64,000 nucleotides of DNA from Vicugna vicugna. Taxonomy: Eukaryota. The notes beneath the pieces were generated by a model. The model had not been told where the DNA came from and made no database searches. It worked only from the letters and a program-made list of their open reading frames with translations. This document shows positions 62,046 to 64,000 of the stretch, one piece after another. Position numbers and translations under genes: made by a program. Positions within the stretch are counted from its first letter, which is position 1. Each line of letters opens with the position of its first letter. The stretch covers positions 372,001 to 436,000 of the forward strand of contig MU057711.1 of NCBI GenBank assembly GCA_013265495.1, read 5' to 3'.

Positions 62046-64000
62046 GGTTAGTCTTTGGCCTCACCCTTGGGTAAAATTATAGACTGATGTTCCCAATGAC
62101 CCTTGGAGAATATTTTCCGTGATTCATCCTATTTTTCAGTCTTCACCAGCAGAAGGGACGGGGTGAGCTGGGGAGAAAGATAAAGGTGTCCTCACTGTGT
62201 CTCCACCCGTCTCTGGAGATGCTGTCTGATTTTGTTCCAAGTGAGGGCTGATGAGCCATTCTCTCCGAGAACATCAATGAGTTCCTTTCAGAGCCAAGCT
62301 CATCAGCATTTCTGGTGATTGTGCATTGTGGTGTCTGCAAACAAGTGATCTATATTCCACAGGCCTCTCCACCAAGATGTTTGTAAGAGCCAGTTAAAAA
62401 GATGGGCTTTGGCTGGCTTCCAAGTCATGAAGACGTAAGTCCTCTTTTGAAAATGTTATTTATGCCTAAAGCTGACCTCATAGAATGGAGTGGGTGGGGG
62501 CAGGTGGCCACCAGGAGGGATGGGGCGGCAGGGGGAGGCAGCGTGAGATGGGGGCAGGAGGTAGTGGTGGGGTTTTTTTTTGTGTTACAGAAAGATTCTT
62601 TGACTTACAAAAGGATTAATCACAGGTCTCCTTTTAAACTGAAAGTTTCATGCATTTTAAAAGAGGATTTGATTTACAAGAAACTTTTCAGGAACACAGC
62701 TGCTGGGCAAAACAAGCTATTTCCACTGACTTGAAATCCGTTTTATGAGCCAGGAGTCTGGGGTGTTAGGGGGAGTGATAAAACTCCTTTAGTTTTTAAT
62801 TGATGAGTGATATTGACTAGCACAGTTAGAGGCCTGGGTATTGGGCCTGGGCCAGTGTGTTTCTGTAGTAAATACGTGTGAATGTGCTGAGTGCTTGAGT
62901 ATTGATTCATTTATGTACCTGTTTGGGTTTTGCTTTTCGAGGCTTTGTACTTTGCAGCTTTCTAGCCAAGCTGGCTTTCACAGAAGCCCGTGTTAGAATG
63001 TACAGCCTAAATCATCTGGCCCATAGCCTCTGGGGAGGGGGCCTGGCCAGACTGCAAGGACTGGACTAAAAGAGGAAAAGAGGGGAGAGGGGGAGCCCGG
63101 GAGGTGAGAGGGCTGCACAAGTGAGGAGATGCCATCTTTGTCTTGGAAACAAACCTCAGGGAATCTTCCAAGCCCCTCCCCTGCCCCATGCAGATTGCTA
63201 ATAGCTATCTCCCTCCCAACTGTCCCACTCCATTGAGTTTTTATTATCACCTCTGTCTTGTGGAAATTCCACACAAGCCCTGGGGTCTTTAAATGATTCC
63301 TGCTCCCTGCTGCCCTGGTACAATAGCAGAGCATCAGGCTGAGAGCTTCCAGAAAGAGAGAGTGCCCTCCTGCTGAGCTTCACTCAGATCGCAACCAGGC
63401 GAAGAAAACCCTAAGAGGCCTTTGTTCCACAGGTTCTAAGACCCACCTTGAACGCTGTCCATGGGATTTCATCCTGGAGCTGGCAAAATAAGGGTACCAC
63501 TCGTGAAAAAGAGCTGCTGCTCTCAGATGGTAAAGATATGAGAAAGTTAGTTATCAGTGGCTAATGCTTACTGAGGATCAAAGAGGTGGAAAATTGCATT
63601 GTAGTTTGTATAATTAGGGGGAGAAAAAAACCCATGCAGAGTGACCTCAGGGAGCTTGCAATCCATCAGGAGAGAAAGGACAGAGTGGCTGGTACATTGC
63701 TCTGCCTGAGGAGAGCATCCCCGCTCAGCAGACCCACCTCCCCTCCCTCGACTGTGTGGCTCTCGGTGACTCGCTTTAGCTGATGAAACGTGAAGATGCC
63801 TCAGAGACACAGCTGTGCTTTGCTGGACTCTCTCCCTTCCTTCAGGCAAGCGTAGTGGTTCTCTGTCAACTGGGCTCTGAGTGAGAACAACAAAGATGCC
63901 AATGTCGGTGGCAAAGCCCCCATCTAACCTGTGGGGCCCAGCAGCAGGACCAGGAGACTCATCTTAAGCCCTGAATTTGAATGATGTTTGCGTACCACAG

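Overview
Mammalian genomic DNA dominated by interspersed repeats. It is probably camelid, inferred from the young L1 3'-UTR type and the absence of ruminant, pig, cetacean, primate or rodent SINEs. No intact protein-coding gene or RNA gene was found. Almost all ORFs in the track are decayed L1 ORF1/ORF2 pieces or chance ORFs. The window holds an ~11.5 kb nest of L1 insertions (3270-14800), further L1s of several ages, MaLR/ERVL LTRs, L2, MIR, CR1 and DNA transposons. The standout is a single retrotransposed unit at 6100-8543 bounded by a perfect 17-bp target-site duplication (TSD). Its parts are: a 130-nt leader; intronless NSUN6 (m5C RNA methyltransferase) coding sequence that appears to end at an exon boundary; the distal L1 5'UTR; L1 ORF1; the inter-ORF spacer; and an L1 3'UTR with poly(A). 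ORF2 and the L1's own promoter region are missing. It looks like a host-promoter-driven, non-autonomous NSUN6-L1 chimeric retroelement. Other oddities are a perfect 46-bp templated copy inserted into a MIR, a triplicated target site with a probable 3' transduction, and several rearranged L1s. Family names and protein matches come from recalled consensus sequences, not from database searches, and TE boundaries are approximate unless a TSD is cited.
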